Assembly (NCBI GenBank): GCA_965223865.1 | Contig: OZ245020.1 | Span: 1,120,001-1,184,000 of the forward strand | From: Nitrosarchaeum sp. | Lineage (GTDB): Archaea > Thermoproteota > Nitrososphaeria > Nitrososphaerales > Nitrosopumilaceae | Length of the DNA: 64,000 bases | Direction: 5' to 3' | Shown: positions 29,806 through 40,577 of the stretch, piece after piece | Numbering within the stretch: position 1 is the first letter of the stretch | How the letters are laid out: each line of letters starts with the position of its first letter | Notes under the pieces: model-generated | Database searches by the model: none | Told to the model about the DNA's origin: nothing | The model's input: only the letters and a program-made list of their open reading frames with translations | Program-made: the position numbers and the translations under genes

Positions 29806-30376
29806 TCTTTACTTGTTTGTTATCTTTTAGGTCTTTTATTATTTCAAACAACTTGCAAATATCTGCCTTTAAGACCTCGATTAGTTCTTGATTGTAAATT
29901 GTAGCAGCAGGGTGAACTGTTAGAAAATAAATCTGTTTGTTTTTTCTAACTATCTTTCCTCTGTATTTTGTAATTTCTGAACCGCCTAAAATTGAATTAA
30001 AAGCAGTATTTCCTAAAATACAAATAATTTTTGGTTTGATGATGGAAACTTCTTTTTGAAGATATTCCTTACACGTACTTAGTTCTAAAGAACTAGGTAC
30101 TCTGTTATTTGGTGGTCTACATTTTACAACATTGGTTATGTATATTGATTCTCTTAAAACACCTGCATTTTGTAATGCAAGAGTAAGTCTTTTTCCTGCT
30201 GCTCCCACAAATGGTTCTCCTTGCCTATCTTCATTTCTACCTGGAGCTTCTCCAACAAAAATTACATCTGATTTAAAATTCCCTTTTCCAGGAACTGAGT
30301 TTGTACGACTGTTACAGAGTTCACATTTTTTACATTCAATAACATTTTTTCTTATTACCTCTAATTCTGTAATCAT
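29783..30376 (-). CDS. udg: Family 4 uracil-DNA glycosylase
   Basis: CxxC, GEAPG, PFVG, TNVVKCRPPNNR, HPAA. Confidence 0.94.
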   Translation of the reverse strand: MITELEVIRKNVIECKKCELCNSRTNSVPGKGNFKSDVIFVGEAPGRNEDRQGEPFVGAAGKRLTLALQNAGVLRESIYITNVVKCRPPNNRVPSSLELSTCKEYLQKEVSIIKPKIICILGNTAFNSILGGSEITKYRGKIVRKNKQIYFLTVHPAATIYNQELIEVLKADICKLFEIIKDLKDNKQVKIDIEYTS

Positions 30377-30379
30377 TTT

Positions 30380-31801
30380 CTAATCTACACTCTTTACTGT
30401 AGCAATTCCTCTGATTGAAGGGCCTCCATTACCCATTATCATGGATTGCATGGGATCTCCTTTTCCGCAATTTGTAATTGGCCTAACTGTAAAATCATCT
30501 CCACAGGCATCAATGGATTTGAAAAATTCTGGGGCTGTATCCATAACTATGACATCTCTGACTAAATCAGTTATTTCTCCCCTCTCAATTTTTTGGGCAT
30601 ATTGGCATGATATACTCCAGTTGTGTCTCTTCATATCAATTGAAGGAATTTTCATGTTAGAAATCGTGTATCCATGTTGTACATCTTTTATCATTTCCTC
30701 TGGTTTCCAATCTCCTTTTTCTATACAGGTACAGGCCATCCTGATTAAAGGCATGAATTTGTAGCTAGTGGCTCTCATATTTCCAGTTGGTTCTGTTCCA
30801 AAAATTTGACTTGTTTCCCTATTTTGCATATGGTTTGTCAGAATTCCTTTTTCAATCAGTAATGTTCTTTGAGTTTTTACTCCTTCATCATCATAATAAT
30901 ACCATCCAAGACTCTGATTGATAGTAGGATCATCAAACACTGTTAGATTTTCAGATCCTATTTTTTCTCCTAACATTCCATTCCACCATGCACCGCCTGC
31001 CCATGCCATCTCTTTTCCTAAAACTCTGTCTGCTTCAGAAGGATGACCAAGAATTTCATGTGTTAATAATGAAACAAAGTCTGGATTCATCACCAACGTT
31101 GTCTTTTCTTCTTTTATTGGTTTTGCCAAGATTAATTCTGATGCTTTTTTTGAAATTTCATTTGCACTATTTTGAACTTTTTCATTTTCAACTAATAGTT
31201 CTAATCCTCCTCTCCCTCCTTCTGTAATGTTAACTGATTGCGTTAATCCTGATTCATGAGCAGTTGCTATCATATCAATTACTACATCTGTATAATTTTG
31301 TAAAATTTGAGATCCTTCACTACTCGTAAAATATTTTGAAGTTTCAGAAAACCAAGGATTAACTGTTGATTTTATGATCCTTGGTTTATTTGAAATTATT
31401 TTGTCACATTCAAATCCAATTTTCATTAGTTCTTCAATATTTGGTTTTTTTAAAACCTGAAACTCTTTTTTTATTTTGTATGTAGGTATTGCACACAAAT
31501 CAATTGATGTTTTTTTATTTTGTGATGAATAACTCGAATTTTTTAATGATTGCTCAATTCTAACTTTTATTTGCTCAAAAGATTGGGGATTTGTAATTGA
31601 AAAAAAACTCCATGCTCCATTTTTTAATATTTTAACTCCAATACCATTGCATATTTTTTCTCTAATGTATTCTGTTTCTCCATTTTCTATTAATACTGAT
31701 TTTTGATTTTGGTTTTCTGCTCTTACATCACAGTATTGAGCTCCTGATTCTAAGGAATATGAAACCGCTTTATCTGCTAATTCCTGAAGTTTAGAGTCCA
31801 T
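30380..31801 (-). CDS. tldD: TldD/PmbA family metalloprotease (TldD type)
   Basis: HEILGHPSEAD, DDEG, CGKG. Confidence 0.92.
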   Translation of the reverse strand: MDSKLQELADKAVSYSLESGAQYCDVRAENQNQKSVLIENGETEYIREKICNGIGVKILKNGAWSFFSITNPQSFEQIKVRIEQSLKNSSYSSQNKKTSIDLCAIPTYKIKKEFQVLKKPNIEELMKIGFECDKIISNKPRIIKSTVNPWFSETSKYFTSSEGSQILQNYTDVVIDMIATAHESGLTQSVNITEGGRGGLELLVENEKVQNSANEISKKASELILAKPIKEEKTTLVMNPDFVSLLTHEILGHPSEADRVLGKEMAWAGGAWWNGMLGEKIGSENLTVFDDPTINQSLGWYYYDDEGVKTQRTLLIEKGILTNHMQNRETSQIFGTEPTGNMRATSYKFMPLIRMACTCIEKGDWKPEEMIKDVQHGYTISNMKIPSIDMKRHNWSISCQYAQKIERGEITDLVRDVIVMDTAPEFFKSIDACGDDFTVRPITNCGKGDPMQSMIMGNGGPSIRGIATVKSVD

Positions 31802-31839
31802 AAAAAAATATGCTAACTGGAGTTCCTAAATCTTCTGCT

Positions 31840-31986
31840 TTAATAGTTCGAAATTGCAGGCATGGTAAAGTAATATTCATCCTCGAATTCATAGTCAAAA
31901 TTTCCTTTTTTTCTCAAGTGTTCAAAATATTTCGTACAGTTTTTGTAAAATTCTGAATTTTTATGATTTTTGTGGCTTTGACTCAT
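31840..31986 (-). CDS. Small hypothetical protein (48 aa)
   Basis: Manual translation MSQSHKNHKNSEFYKNCTKYFEHLRKKGNFDYEFEDEYYFTMPAISNY in an intergenic gap. Confidence 0.55.
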   Translation of the reverse strand: MSQSHKNHKNSEFYKNCTKYFEHLRKKGNFDYEFEDEYYFTMPAISNY

Positions 31987-32176
31987 GATTTGTTTTTCTA
32001 AAATTCCATTTTTTTTATAGAGTGAGTGAATTTAGGTCAGAAAGTTTGTTTTCTTTAAGCAATTTTTTAGAAATATTTGTAATTATGATAATTTTAGTAA
32101 TTCTGAATGTATTCCAAAAATGTTAAGCTTTGCGAAAGTAATTTAGGGGTTAATTTTTCTAAAGAAAATACGAAAC

Positions 32177-33994
32177 TTGTCAAAGATTGTAGTTGATACT
32201 AGTGTAATAATTAATGGTCAGCTTATTACCCAAGTAGAATCTGGAAATATCCAAAATTCTGAAATTATAATTCCACAAGCAGTTATTGATGAACTCCAGT
32301 CTCAAGCATCTCAAAAAAAAGAACAAGGATATGTGGGTCTTGAAGAAATAAAAAAAATAAAAGACATTTCAAGTAATTTTGGACTTGAAATTTCAATTAA
32401 AGGACATCATCCAACATCTGATGACATCAAAATGGCCGGTACTGGAAAAATAGATTCAATAATCAAGGATTTGGCAAAACAAAATAATGCTGTATTGTAT
32501 ACTTCTGATAAAGCTCAGCATCTAGTTTCACAGGCTGAAGGTGTAGAATCAATCCTTATCAAACCCATTCCAAAAGAAATTCAGCTTGAGTTTTTAAAAT
32601 TTTTTGATTCAAATACTATGAGTATTCATCTCAAAGAAAATTTACCACCATTGGGGAAAAAAGGAAAACCTGGAAATTTTTCTCTAACAAAACTCTCTGA
32701 TGAGAAATCCTCAAAAGAATATCTAGAATTTATTTCCACTCAAATTTTAGAGGCTGCAAAAATTTCAGATTCTAGCACAATTGAAATATCAAAGACTGGA
32801 GCATCTGTAATCCAACATGAGGATTATAGAATTGCAATTACTCGGCCTCCTTTTTCTGAAGCCTTTGAAATCACAATTGTCCATCCAATTGTAAAACTCT
32901 CTCTTGACGACTATGATATATCTGAGGAACTAATGAGTCGATTCTCCGATCGAGCAGAAGGAATTGTGATCTCAGGTCCTCCTGGTTCTGGAAAAAGTAC
33001 TTTGGCATCAGGTCTTGCTAATTTCTATCATGCTCGTGGAAAAATTGTAAAAACTTTTGAATCTCCACGAGATTTACAAGTAGATCCAGGAATCACTCAA
33101 TACACAAAACTTGATGGGAGTTTTGATAATACTGCAGACATTCTATTACTGGTTAGGCCTGATTATACAATTTTTGATGAAGTAAGAAGACGTGAAGACT
33201 TTAGAACATTTGCAGATCTTAGACTTACAGGAGTGGGAATGATTGGGGTTGTACATGCAAATTCTCCTCTTGATGCAATTCAGAGGTTCATTGGAAAGAT
33301 TGAGCTTGGTATAATTCCAAATGTCCTGGATACTGTTGTCTTTGTAAAAAACGGTAGAATAGAAACAGTTTATGATTTGAAATTAAAAGTAAAGGTTCCA
33401 ACAGGAATGACTGAATCTGATTTGGCAAGACCTGTTATTGAAATTAGAAATTTTCAAGATAATGTCTTAGAACATGAAATCTATACTTTTGGAGAAGAAA
33501 ATGTAATTGTTCCAGTGGCAAAACGAGTTCAAAAAGTTGGAATTGAAAAGATCGCTGAGGAAAAAATTCGTGACATATTCAAAAGATATGATTCTCGTGC
33601 TGAAGTTGAAATTTTATCTGACAATAGAGTTCGCGTGTTGGTTGATAAAACTTCAATTCCTTCAATTATTGGAAGAGGAGGTTCTAACATAAATGAGATT
33701 GAAAAACAACTTAATGTACACATTGATGTAGAAGAAAAGGGTTCGTCTTCAGGTTCTATTTCAGGTGATCTTCCTTTTACTTTTTCAGAATCTAAAACTA
33801 CTCTAATTCTCACTGTTAGTAGAGAATACACGTCAATGCATGCTGATATTTACGTGCATGACAAGTATGTAACATCTACTCGAATTGGTAAAAAAGGACA
33901 GATAAAAATTCCAAAACGCTCTGATATTGCAAGAAATCTTATGCAGTTAGCATCATCTCAAAATGAGATTCAGATATTTCTTAAAGATTTTTAA
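32177..33994 (+). CDS. PIN-domain ATPase with KH domain (PINA-like)
   Basis: VVDTSV PIN start, GPPGSGKST, FDEVR, IIGRGG KH loop. Confidence 0.9.
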   Translation: MSKIVVDTSVIINGQLITQVESGNIQNSEIIIPQAVIDELQSQASQKKEQGYVGLEEIKKIKDISSNFGLEISIKGHHPTSDDIKMAGTGKIDSIIKDLAKQNNAVLYTSDKAQHLVSQAEGVESILIKPIPKEIQLEFLKFFDSNTMSIHLKENLPPLGKKGKPGNFSLTKLSDEKSSKEYLEFISTQILEAAKISDSSTIEISKTGASVIQHEDYRIAITRPPFSEAFEITIVHPIVKLSLDDYDISEELMSRFSDRAEGIVISGPPGSGKSTLASGLANFYHARGKIVKTFESPRDLQVDPGITQYTKLDGSFDNTADILLLVRPDYTIFDEVRRREDFRTFADLRLTGVGMIGVVHANSPLDAIQRFIGKIELGIIPNVLDTVVFVKNGRIETVYDLKLKVKVPTGMTESDLARPVIEIRNFQDNVLEHEIYTFGEENVIVPVAKRVQKVGIEKIAEEKIRDIFKRYDSRAEVEILSDNRVRVLVDKTSIPSIIGRGGSNINEIEKQLNVHIDVEEKGSSSGSISGDLPFTFSESKTTLILTVSREYTSMHADIYVHDKYVTSTRIGKKGQIKIPKRSDIARNLMQLASSQNEIQIFLKDF

Positions 33995-34445
33995 AATTCT
34001 CTAAAATTTTAGGATTTGATTTTAGAAATGTGATAAACTTTCTTAGTTGTTTGATTGTTTTTGCATTAAGATGATGTTCAATCCCTTCAATATCCTTATT
34101 TGCCGTCTCATCACTGATTCCTAATATTCCAAAAAACTCTAACAAAATTCCGTGTTTTTGGCGAATTCCTTCTGCAACTTGAGAGCCTTTCGTTGTCAGA
34201 TTGATCCCATGGTATTTCTCATATTCTAGTAACCCATTTTCATCCAATCTTTTTAGCATTTTAGTTACGCTTGGGGCACTTACGTTCATGTACCTGGAAA
34301 TGTCAAGAGTAGTGGCATATCCTTTCAGCTCAACTAATTCAGAAATAATTTCAAGATAATCCTCCATTCTTGCACTGGATCCACTTCTTTCGGATTTGTG
34401 AGCTGCTTTTATCGATTCTAATCTCTTTGAGTTTTTTACCTTCAA
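33981..34445 (-). CDS. DtxR/MntR family metal-dependent regulator
   Basis: MEDYLEII, VSAPSVTKMLKRL, EGIEHH. Confidence 0.92.
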   Translation of the reverse strand: MKVKNSKRLESIKAAHKSERSGSSARMEDYLEIISELVELKGYATTLDISRYMNVSAPSVTKMLKRLDENGLLEYEKYHGINLTTKGSQVAEGIRQKHGILLEFFGILGISDETANKDIEGIEHHLNAKTIKQLRKFITFLKSNPKILENFKNL

Positions 34446-34569
34446 GACTTCTTTTTACCTAAAAGATTCTACTATAATTGAATGTCTTTTTCTCTTTGGG
34501 CAGGTTATCCTTTATTGACTTGGGAGTAATAGATCTTGATCTTTGAATCTTATCTAATTTTTTCAAAAT

Positions 34570-34929
34570 ATGAGTCGGATGGCTGACCACTTAAAGAAAC
34601 GTTTAGACAAATTACGTAGGTATTCTGATTCTGTAAAACGCAGGACATCTTTGTATTCTGATATTGCAAAAATTGATGATAAACACACTGCAAATTCTTT
34701 AGGTGCACTACAAAAAGCACCTGCACCTGGAAAAAAACTTCAAAAGATTGGTTTTATCATGTTATGGGTTCCTGAACCCACTGGTGTCACATGTGCTCTT
34801 GGAGGCCCAATGATTGTGGCTGGGAGATATCTTGAAAAAAAATACAACAGTGCTACAATTCACGATATTGGACATGAGACAAAAAACACTTTCTCCACTC
34901 TTAAAGATTTTAAGAATTCTGTAATGTGA
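34570..34929 (+). CDS. Hypothetical protein
   Basis: 119-aa ORF with PEPTG hydrophobic hairpin. Confidence 0.7.
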   Translation: MSRMADHLKKRLDKLRRYSDSVKRRTSLYSDIAKIDDKHTANSLGALQKAPAPGKKLQKIGFIMLWVPEPTGVTCALGGPMIVAGRYLEKKYNSATIHDIGHETKNTFSTLKDFKNSVM

Positions 34930-34967
34930 TGCTCTAGTTTTTAAAAGGATTTAGAAAATAATATTGT

Positions 34968-35459
34968 ATGGCAACTAGAACACAAATTTTGATTCCAATA
35001 GGTATAGCCACTGTTATTGTTGGTGTTGTTGGTTTAATATCAATACCAAGTGATAGCAAATTAGAATCTGTGGAATTTCCAAGAGGCACCATCAAAGTCG
35101 ATGAGGTGTCTTTACAAGTTCAAGTTGCAGATACTGAACCAAGACGAATTCGTGGTTTGATGTTCCAAGATCAACTTCCATATGATCAAGGGATGATTTT
35201 TGTTTTTGAACAACCTGGGTCTTATTCTCTCTGGATGTTGAACATGCAATTTACACTTGACATGATTTGGTTTGACGCTCAAGGAAATGTAGTGCATATA
35301 GAAAAAGATGTTCCTCCATGTAAAACTGCAATTGAAACAATGGCTTGTCAGAGTATTATTCCTGAAGGAAACGCTATGTATATTCTTGAAGTAACTTCTG
35401 GATTCATAGAAAAAAATAACATAACAAAAGATTCAAAGCTTAGTATAATCTCAATTTAG
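34968..35459 (+). CDS. DUF192 family protein
   Basis: VADT..R..GLMF, GMIFVF, WMLNM..LDMIW, ILEV. Confidence 0.9.
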   Translation: MATRTQILIPIGIATVIVGVVGLISIPSDSKLESVEFPRGTIKVDEVSLQVQVADTEPRRIRGLMFQDQLPYDQGMIFVFEQPGSYSLWMLNMQFTLDMIWFDAQGNVVHIEKDVPPCKTAIETMACQSIIPEGNAMYILEVTSGFIEKNNITKDSKLSIISI

Positions 35460-35499
35460 GTTGCAAAACCTTATCTTTGAATGATTATTGAGGTAAAAA

Positions 35500-36129
35500 A
35501 TGAATAAGAAAATCTTAATTCCGATAATTTTAAGTATTGTTATTGTAATTTCATTTTCTTCGTTTTATTTTTCAGATGAAAAAAAGCCATCTGCTATTTC
35601 TAAATTGAATCTCTCTTATGATTCTTCAAATTCTCAAATGCAATTAATGTTAGAACCAAGTGGAATTGCAATGTCAAATCCGTTGAATTTAAAGGGAGAC
35701 TTCATTGAGCAATACTGTCAGTTCTTTTCTGATGAAAATCTTCAAAATTCTGTGCAGTATTGCACCTCAACTGAATTGATTGATTCAGACGGTCATTTCA
35801 TTGGAAATATTCACATGGTGGGAGATCCTAATTCCCCTTTTGCAGTTTTGGGAATAATACAAACAGATCCTTTCATGTCTGAACTCAATTCTGTAAAGGT
35901 AATATCTGAGGCGATGATAAAATCACTAGTTTGTGATTGTTGGATGAATGAAAAGCCAGGAGGTTTTGAGTCTGTTTCTGATTGGGTTGACGCTACAAAA
36001 TCTTATCATTTAGAAGCAAAAAAAATTACAAGTAAATCCGAAATAAATAATCTTGCTCAAAAACAACTGTTGATTGAAATTAGCACAAATAAAGAAGGTT
36101 TTCTTTGGAAGTTCATAGTAACAGACTAA
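35500..36129 (+). CDS. Membrane-anchored hypothetical protein
   Basis: N-terminal TM, Cys-containing external domain. Confidence 0.7.
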   Translation: MNKKILIPIILSIVIVISFSSFYFSDEKKPSAISKLNLSYDSSNSQMQLMLEPSGIAMSNPLNLKGDFIEQYCQFFSDENLQNSVQYCTSTELIDSDGHFIGNIHMVGDPNSPFAVLGIIQTDPFMSELNSVKVISEAMIKSLVCDCWMNEKPGGFESVSDWVDATKSYHLEAKKITSKSEINNLAQKQLLIEISTNKEGFLWKFIVTD

Positions 36130-36164
36130 ATCAAGATTAATTCAGTATATGTGATGATTATAGT

Positions 36165-36938
36165 ATGATTGAACAACTTTGGCTAGTTCCTTTGGGATTT
36201 GTTGCAGGGGTATTAGGATCTATGATTGGTCTTGGTGGAGGAATAGTTGTTGTTCCAGTTTTAACTTTTTTTGGATTTCCTCCAACTTTAGCTGCAAGTA
36301 ATAGTTTGTTTGCTGCCTTTAGTAATGCTGTTGCTTCTACGTTCTCATATTCACGGCAAAAACGGATAGAATACTCTCTGGGTTTGAAGTTAGGATTGTT
36401 AACTATTCCTGGAACCATTTTAGGTGCATATGTTTCTAGTGATGTAACTCCTGGGATTTTCAAAATATTGTTTGGTTTGGTATTGGTTTCCTCTGCTGCT
36501 TACATTTTTTTGAGAAAGAGACTTGATACTCGAGAAAAAACTATCAATAAACAAATAATGATATTTGGAATTGGTGCAAGTTTTTTTGCCGGGATAATAT
36601 CCTCATTTTTTGGAATAGGTGGAGGAATTATTTTTGTTCCTTTGATGGTAGTTGGAATGGGAATGGCAATGAAAAAAGCTGCTCCTACATCTCAATTCAT
36701 TTTATTGTTCGCGTCATTATCGGGAATCATTGTTCATAGTATTCTTGGCCATCCTGATTTTCTTCAAGCTGGTCTTTTGGCAGCAGGCTCGTTTATGGGA
36801 GGATTATTTGGTGCTAGATTATCAGTTGAAATAAAAGAGCGTTCTCTTCAAATCCTAGTCTCTGTAATTATTCTCGGTGCAGCAATAAAGCTCTTTTTTG
36901 ATTCAGCTAGTGAAAATGTATTTTTGATTGGCGGATAA
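36165..36938 (+). CDS. TauE/SafE (DUF81) family permease
   Basis: Duplicated GLGGG / GIGGG motifs, about 8 TMs. Confidence 0.9.
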   Translation: MIEQLWLVPLGFVAGVLGSMIGLGGGIVVVPVLTFFGFPPTLAASNSLFAAFSNAVASTFSYSRQKRIEYSLGLKLGLLTIPGTILGAYVSSDVTPGIFKILFGLVLVSSAAYIFLRKRLDTREKTINKQIMIFGIGASFFAGIISSFFGIGGGIIFVPLMVVGMGMAMKKAAPTSQFILLFASLSGIIVHSILGHPDFLQAGLLAAGSFMGGLFGARLSVEIKERSLQILVSVIILGAAIKLFFDSASENVFLIGG

Positions 36939-37034
36939 TCATGCCTTACAAAACTTGTTTTTATCATTCAAAATCTTTAAGAAAATTTAAGGATTTTTTT
37001 AAAACATGGATTAGGATGATTGTTTTTTCTTAAA

Positions 37035-37487
37035 TTATCTTGGTGGGTCTTTTTTTATTCTATAGAGGTTCTTGTTTGATATCACCACCGTTTCACCTTC
37101 TTGTGTTGTGCCTTCATAATCGATGGCAATCTTTCCATAATCCTCATCAATATCTTCTTTGGACGATACTGTAAACTTTAGTTTCAATACCTCATCAGTG
37201 TAAAGTGGTTTTAGAAACCGTGTGTTTCTGTTTTCCCATTTATCGTCTCCATCTGTTCCAATAAAGATTATATGATTTCCATAAATCTGACTTAATCTTG
37301 TAAATTCTCCTTCCATTCTAGATAATATTGCCCTGCCTGAAACAATTTTTTGTTTGCCTTTTTCTTTGTTTTCTAAAAACGCATTTCTAATTCTGGAAAA
37401 ACTGAGATATTCGTCTAATTCTTTATCTGATACACTGCAAGTTGAAAAGAATTGATCTCCTACTTTGAATTCTGAAAATTTCCTCAT
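37035..37487 (-). CDS. MaoC-like hot-dog fold protein
   Basis: FKVGD, IVSG, RFLKPLYTDEVL pattern; directly downstream of the SDR gene. Confidence 0.65.
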   Translation of the reverse strand: MRKFSEFKVGDQFFSTCSVSDKELDEYLSFSRIRNAFLENKEKGKQKIVSGRAILSRMEGEFTRLSQIYGNHIIFIGTDGDDKWENRNTRFLKPLYTDEVLKLKFTVSSKEDIDEDYGKIAIDYEGTTQEGETVVISNKNLYRIKKDPPR

Positions 37488-37489
37488 TC

Positions 37490-39264
37490 TTATCTTAATT
37501 CGTCAACACAAAATGTAACTTCTGCTGATGAAGCTGCATTTTCTGACGTAAGGAAATTAAATGCTTGAGCAATTCTCTCATTGCTTGGTTCTACTCCTGA
37601 AACAGAACCTGGGAAAATTGTGAACATTCTGATATTTGATTTTAGAACGTCACTTAATTCCTGGTTTACTGTTGTTGTAAATGGTCTTAATGCTCCTCTA
37701 AATACTTCTACTTGGGCTCTTTGAACCCCTGTAACTTTTCTTCCAGATGGTAAATCTGGACCGATGATCATCATTGCTCCATTTGCATCTTTGTATAATC
37801 TAGGATCTTTACTCCCTCCTGGAACGAATTGCTCTAAAACTCCCTGTGCTACTGTTGCAGGTGTTGTAATGAATTTTTCAATTAATTCTTCCCATTCTGC
37901 TCTTGTTAAATCTGTGATTTTTGGGATTTCTGGAAGTTTTCCAGTGATATGGATTACTCCTAGAATATCTCCAATGTTGGTCTTTGCGGTGTTTAGCCAT
38001 CTTTGAACCTCCTCGGGATTCTTGATATTGACTACATGCGAATGGAATTTTCCACTGATGTATTCTTGTAATGGCTGCGGCGTTGATTCTGAAATAAAGC
38101 AAGCAACTTTACCTCCATTTTTTTCAACATGTTGAGCTAAGAATTCTACTCTTTCTGCATCTGTTTTATCTGTTGCATCTATAGTAAACACAATTGCTTT
38201 TCCAGTAAAGTCTGGTTGGTGAACTCCTGGAGTTGTAGTTCCTATATGGGGTTTTACTGGATAAAATACTCTATCTCCTGGAATTACTTTTCCATTAAGG
38301 ATTTTTGCAATTTCCTCATCACATAAATTCAAAACCGATTCGGCAACTTGTCCTTGTGCCAAAAATTCTTGATTTGCAATCATATGTGATGTATTTTTTT
38401 GAACCTTCTCTGCAATGCTTTGAATTTTGTTCAATAGATTTGTAAATGTCTCAGTTAATTTTTGAATATCTTTACCATCTGCCAGTTTGTTTGCAGCTGC
38501 GGCAATTCCTTCTTTTATGACATTTTCATCTTCTCCTAATAATGGAAGAAGTTCTTTGTTTGCAGCATTTACTTCAACAGGTGAAAGATCCTCAAATCCA
38601 CTTACTCTCATAAATTCAGCTGCGGCTTTTGGATATACCGTTTTGTAAATTCGATCTGAATGAACTGGTCCCGGGTTTGTTGCAATTGATATTATTCCTT
38701 TTTCTGTTAACTCCCATGACATTAATTCAGCTAGTCTGTTCTTTGCTCCTTGTGAGGCAGTATATGGACTTCTGAATCTGTAAGGTCTTTGCTCAAGTGG
38801 TCTTTCTTCTGTGAAAAATGTGGATATTGTAATGATCTTCCCTTCTTCTTTCATTACTTTTAATGCTTGGACTGAACCCCAAAAAGTACCGGTAAGGTGA
38901 ATTCCTACTGTACTTTTAAAGTCATCAAGTGGTGCATTTGCAAAACACGTAACAGGTCCTGACACTCCTGCATTATTAATTATGTAATCAACTGTTACGT
39001 TATCATTTTTTAATGAATCAAACATGTTTGTCATACTTTCTTCATCACTGACATCTACTCCTGAGAAAATTCTCACCGATGCTCCACTGTTTTTTTGAGA
39101 AATAATATCTTCAAGCATTTAGATGTCTCTTCTAGTGGTTCTGGTCTTCTGCCCAAGATTATTACACTAGCACCATTTTCAACAAATTTTTTGGCTATAG
39201 CCTGTCCAATTCCTGTTCCACTTCCAGTAACTAGAGCAACTTTATTTTGAAATTTTAGAGTCAA
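37490..39264 (-). CDS. Two-domain short-chain dehydrogenase (about 590 aa) with one frameshift near 39119
   Basis: ORF 39073-39264 gives the Rossmann TGSGTGIG motif; ORF 37490-39118 gives NNAG, YTASQ, NPGPV; one extra A in TCTAAA(A)TG joins them. Confidence 0.8.
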
Positions 39265-39353
39265 TAAATTGTCATTTTTTTTGTAATATTTATTTGGATT
39301 GATCTCCGAAATTTTTTCTTGATATCTTTATTTGTGGGTATTATTCATGATTT

Positions 39354-39593
39354 ATGATGCATGACACCGAGCCAGATACATTTGTCTTAAAATCTTGGCC
39401 TGAAAAATTTAGTGATATGTTAAATGAGTTTGGTGTGGACTCTGAAGCAAAGGAGATTGGAACTGATGACGTGGAAAAAGGCGATTATTACGGTAGATAT
39501 TTTGCTCATACAGCTAGAATGATCACAAATAGAGGATGTCTCGATGTGAAAAATTCTAATATTGACGTCATTCAAATTGTTCAAAAGGGATAA
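39354..39593 (+). CDS. Hypothetical protein
   Basis: 79-aa ORF with native codon usage. Confidence 0.6.
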   Translation: MMHDTEPDTFVLKSWPEKFSDMLNEFGVDSEAKEIGTDDVEKGDYYGRYFAHTARMITNRGCLDVKNSNIDVIQIVQKG

Positions 39594-39595
39594 AG

Positions 39596-39973
39596 ATGCA
39601 AGATCCAAATCCTATGCCATGGGGTGCACTTGACAGATATCAAGCCCATTTTATAGTGAGAAAAGACGCAGGTCGTGGAGTGTCAAATTATCTTGCAAAA
39701 ACAAAACTTACGACTAGAGGTCATTTTGCAGCAAAGACTGTTGAAAAGGTTGAGTGGGATGGCAATGGCAGTCTTGCAACAATACTCAATGAAGATGCTG
39801 AATTAAATGAAATGATTGCTAGGCAATCTGTTTCTGATGCTACCATTTATGTTGAGCCAACAGATGGTGCTATCAGAATACGAAACAAGTGGAAAAATCA
39901 TCTTGATTTTGGAATTACAAAAGAACTTTTTGAAATCTATGACCGAATTGCTGGTCACATAAAAAACATTTAG
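39596..39973 (+). CDS. Hypothetical protein
   Basis: 125-aa ORF directly following the previous one. Confidence 0.65.
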   Translation: MQDPNPMPWGALDRYQAHFIVRKDAGRGVSNYLAKTKLTTRGHFAAKTVEKVEWDGNGSLATILNEDAELNEMIARQSVSDATIYVEPTDGAIRIRNKWKNHLDFGITKELFEIYDRIAGHIKNI

Positions 39974-40506
39974 GCTTTCCACCAATCTAAAGCTAGAAAA
40001 TCTATTTTTTCTTTTCCTTTCGGTATTGCGAAGATGAATTGTTTTCTGACTGTAGTTGCAAGTCTACCAGCTAACACTATTCCTATTGATGTAATTGGTT
40101 CATTTCTACCGTATACCTGAATCAAGTATGGGGCATGATCAATTCCAGGTCCTCGTTCATATACTGCAAAGTCACATCCAAACTTTATTCCTGGATTGAT
40201 AATGTATCCTTTGTTTCTAAAATTTTTGTAAACTTGGTATTTTTTATCAAAGTCATGATATTCTTTCTTACAAATTTCAGTCATTTTATCAATAGTTATT
40301 TTTTGTTTAGATTTGTAAATTGAAATTTTTTTATTTTCAAGTAAATATAGTCCCTCTATCAAGTCTAAAATTAACGGAACGTTGATTTCTTCTGGTTTTG
40401 GTTTTGGGATTCCTATTGGTTTTCCATAATAACCTTGGCTGAAAAGTTTGCGGGAATCTTCAATGCTCCAAACAATTATTCGATTTTTTATGATCTCGCT
40501 TTTCAT
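39970..40506 (-). CDS. endA: tRNA-intron (splicing) endonuclease, catalytic subunit
   Basis: GIKFGCDFAVY, HAPY, RLATTVRK supply the Tyr/His/Lys triad; GYYGKPIGIPKPK loop. Confidence 0.93.
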   Translation of the reverse strand: MKSEIIKNRIIVWSIEDSRKLFSQGYYGKPIGIPKPKPEEINVPLILDLIEGLYLLENKKISIYKSKQKITIDKMTEICKKEYHDFDKKYQVYKNFRNKGYIINPGIKFGCDFAVYERGPGIDHAPYLIQVYGRNEPITSIGIVLAGRLATTVRKQFIFAIPKGKEKIDFLALDWWKA

Positions 40507-40577
40507 GTTTTTTTCAAAATAACTTCATATATGAATTCTATACTTTTAAAATCAAAAGTAAAAATGTTGTGGGGAAT

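Noticed and set aside
39110-39125. Programmed frameshift in the SDR gene
   Set aside because: A single missing A in a short A-run with no slippery heptamer or stimulator; a sequencing error or recent mutation is simpler
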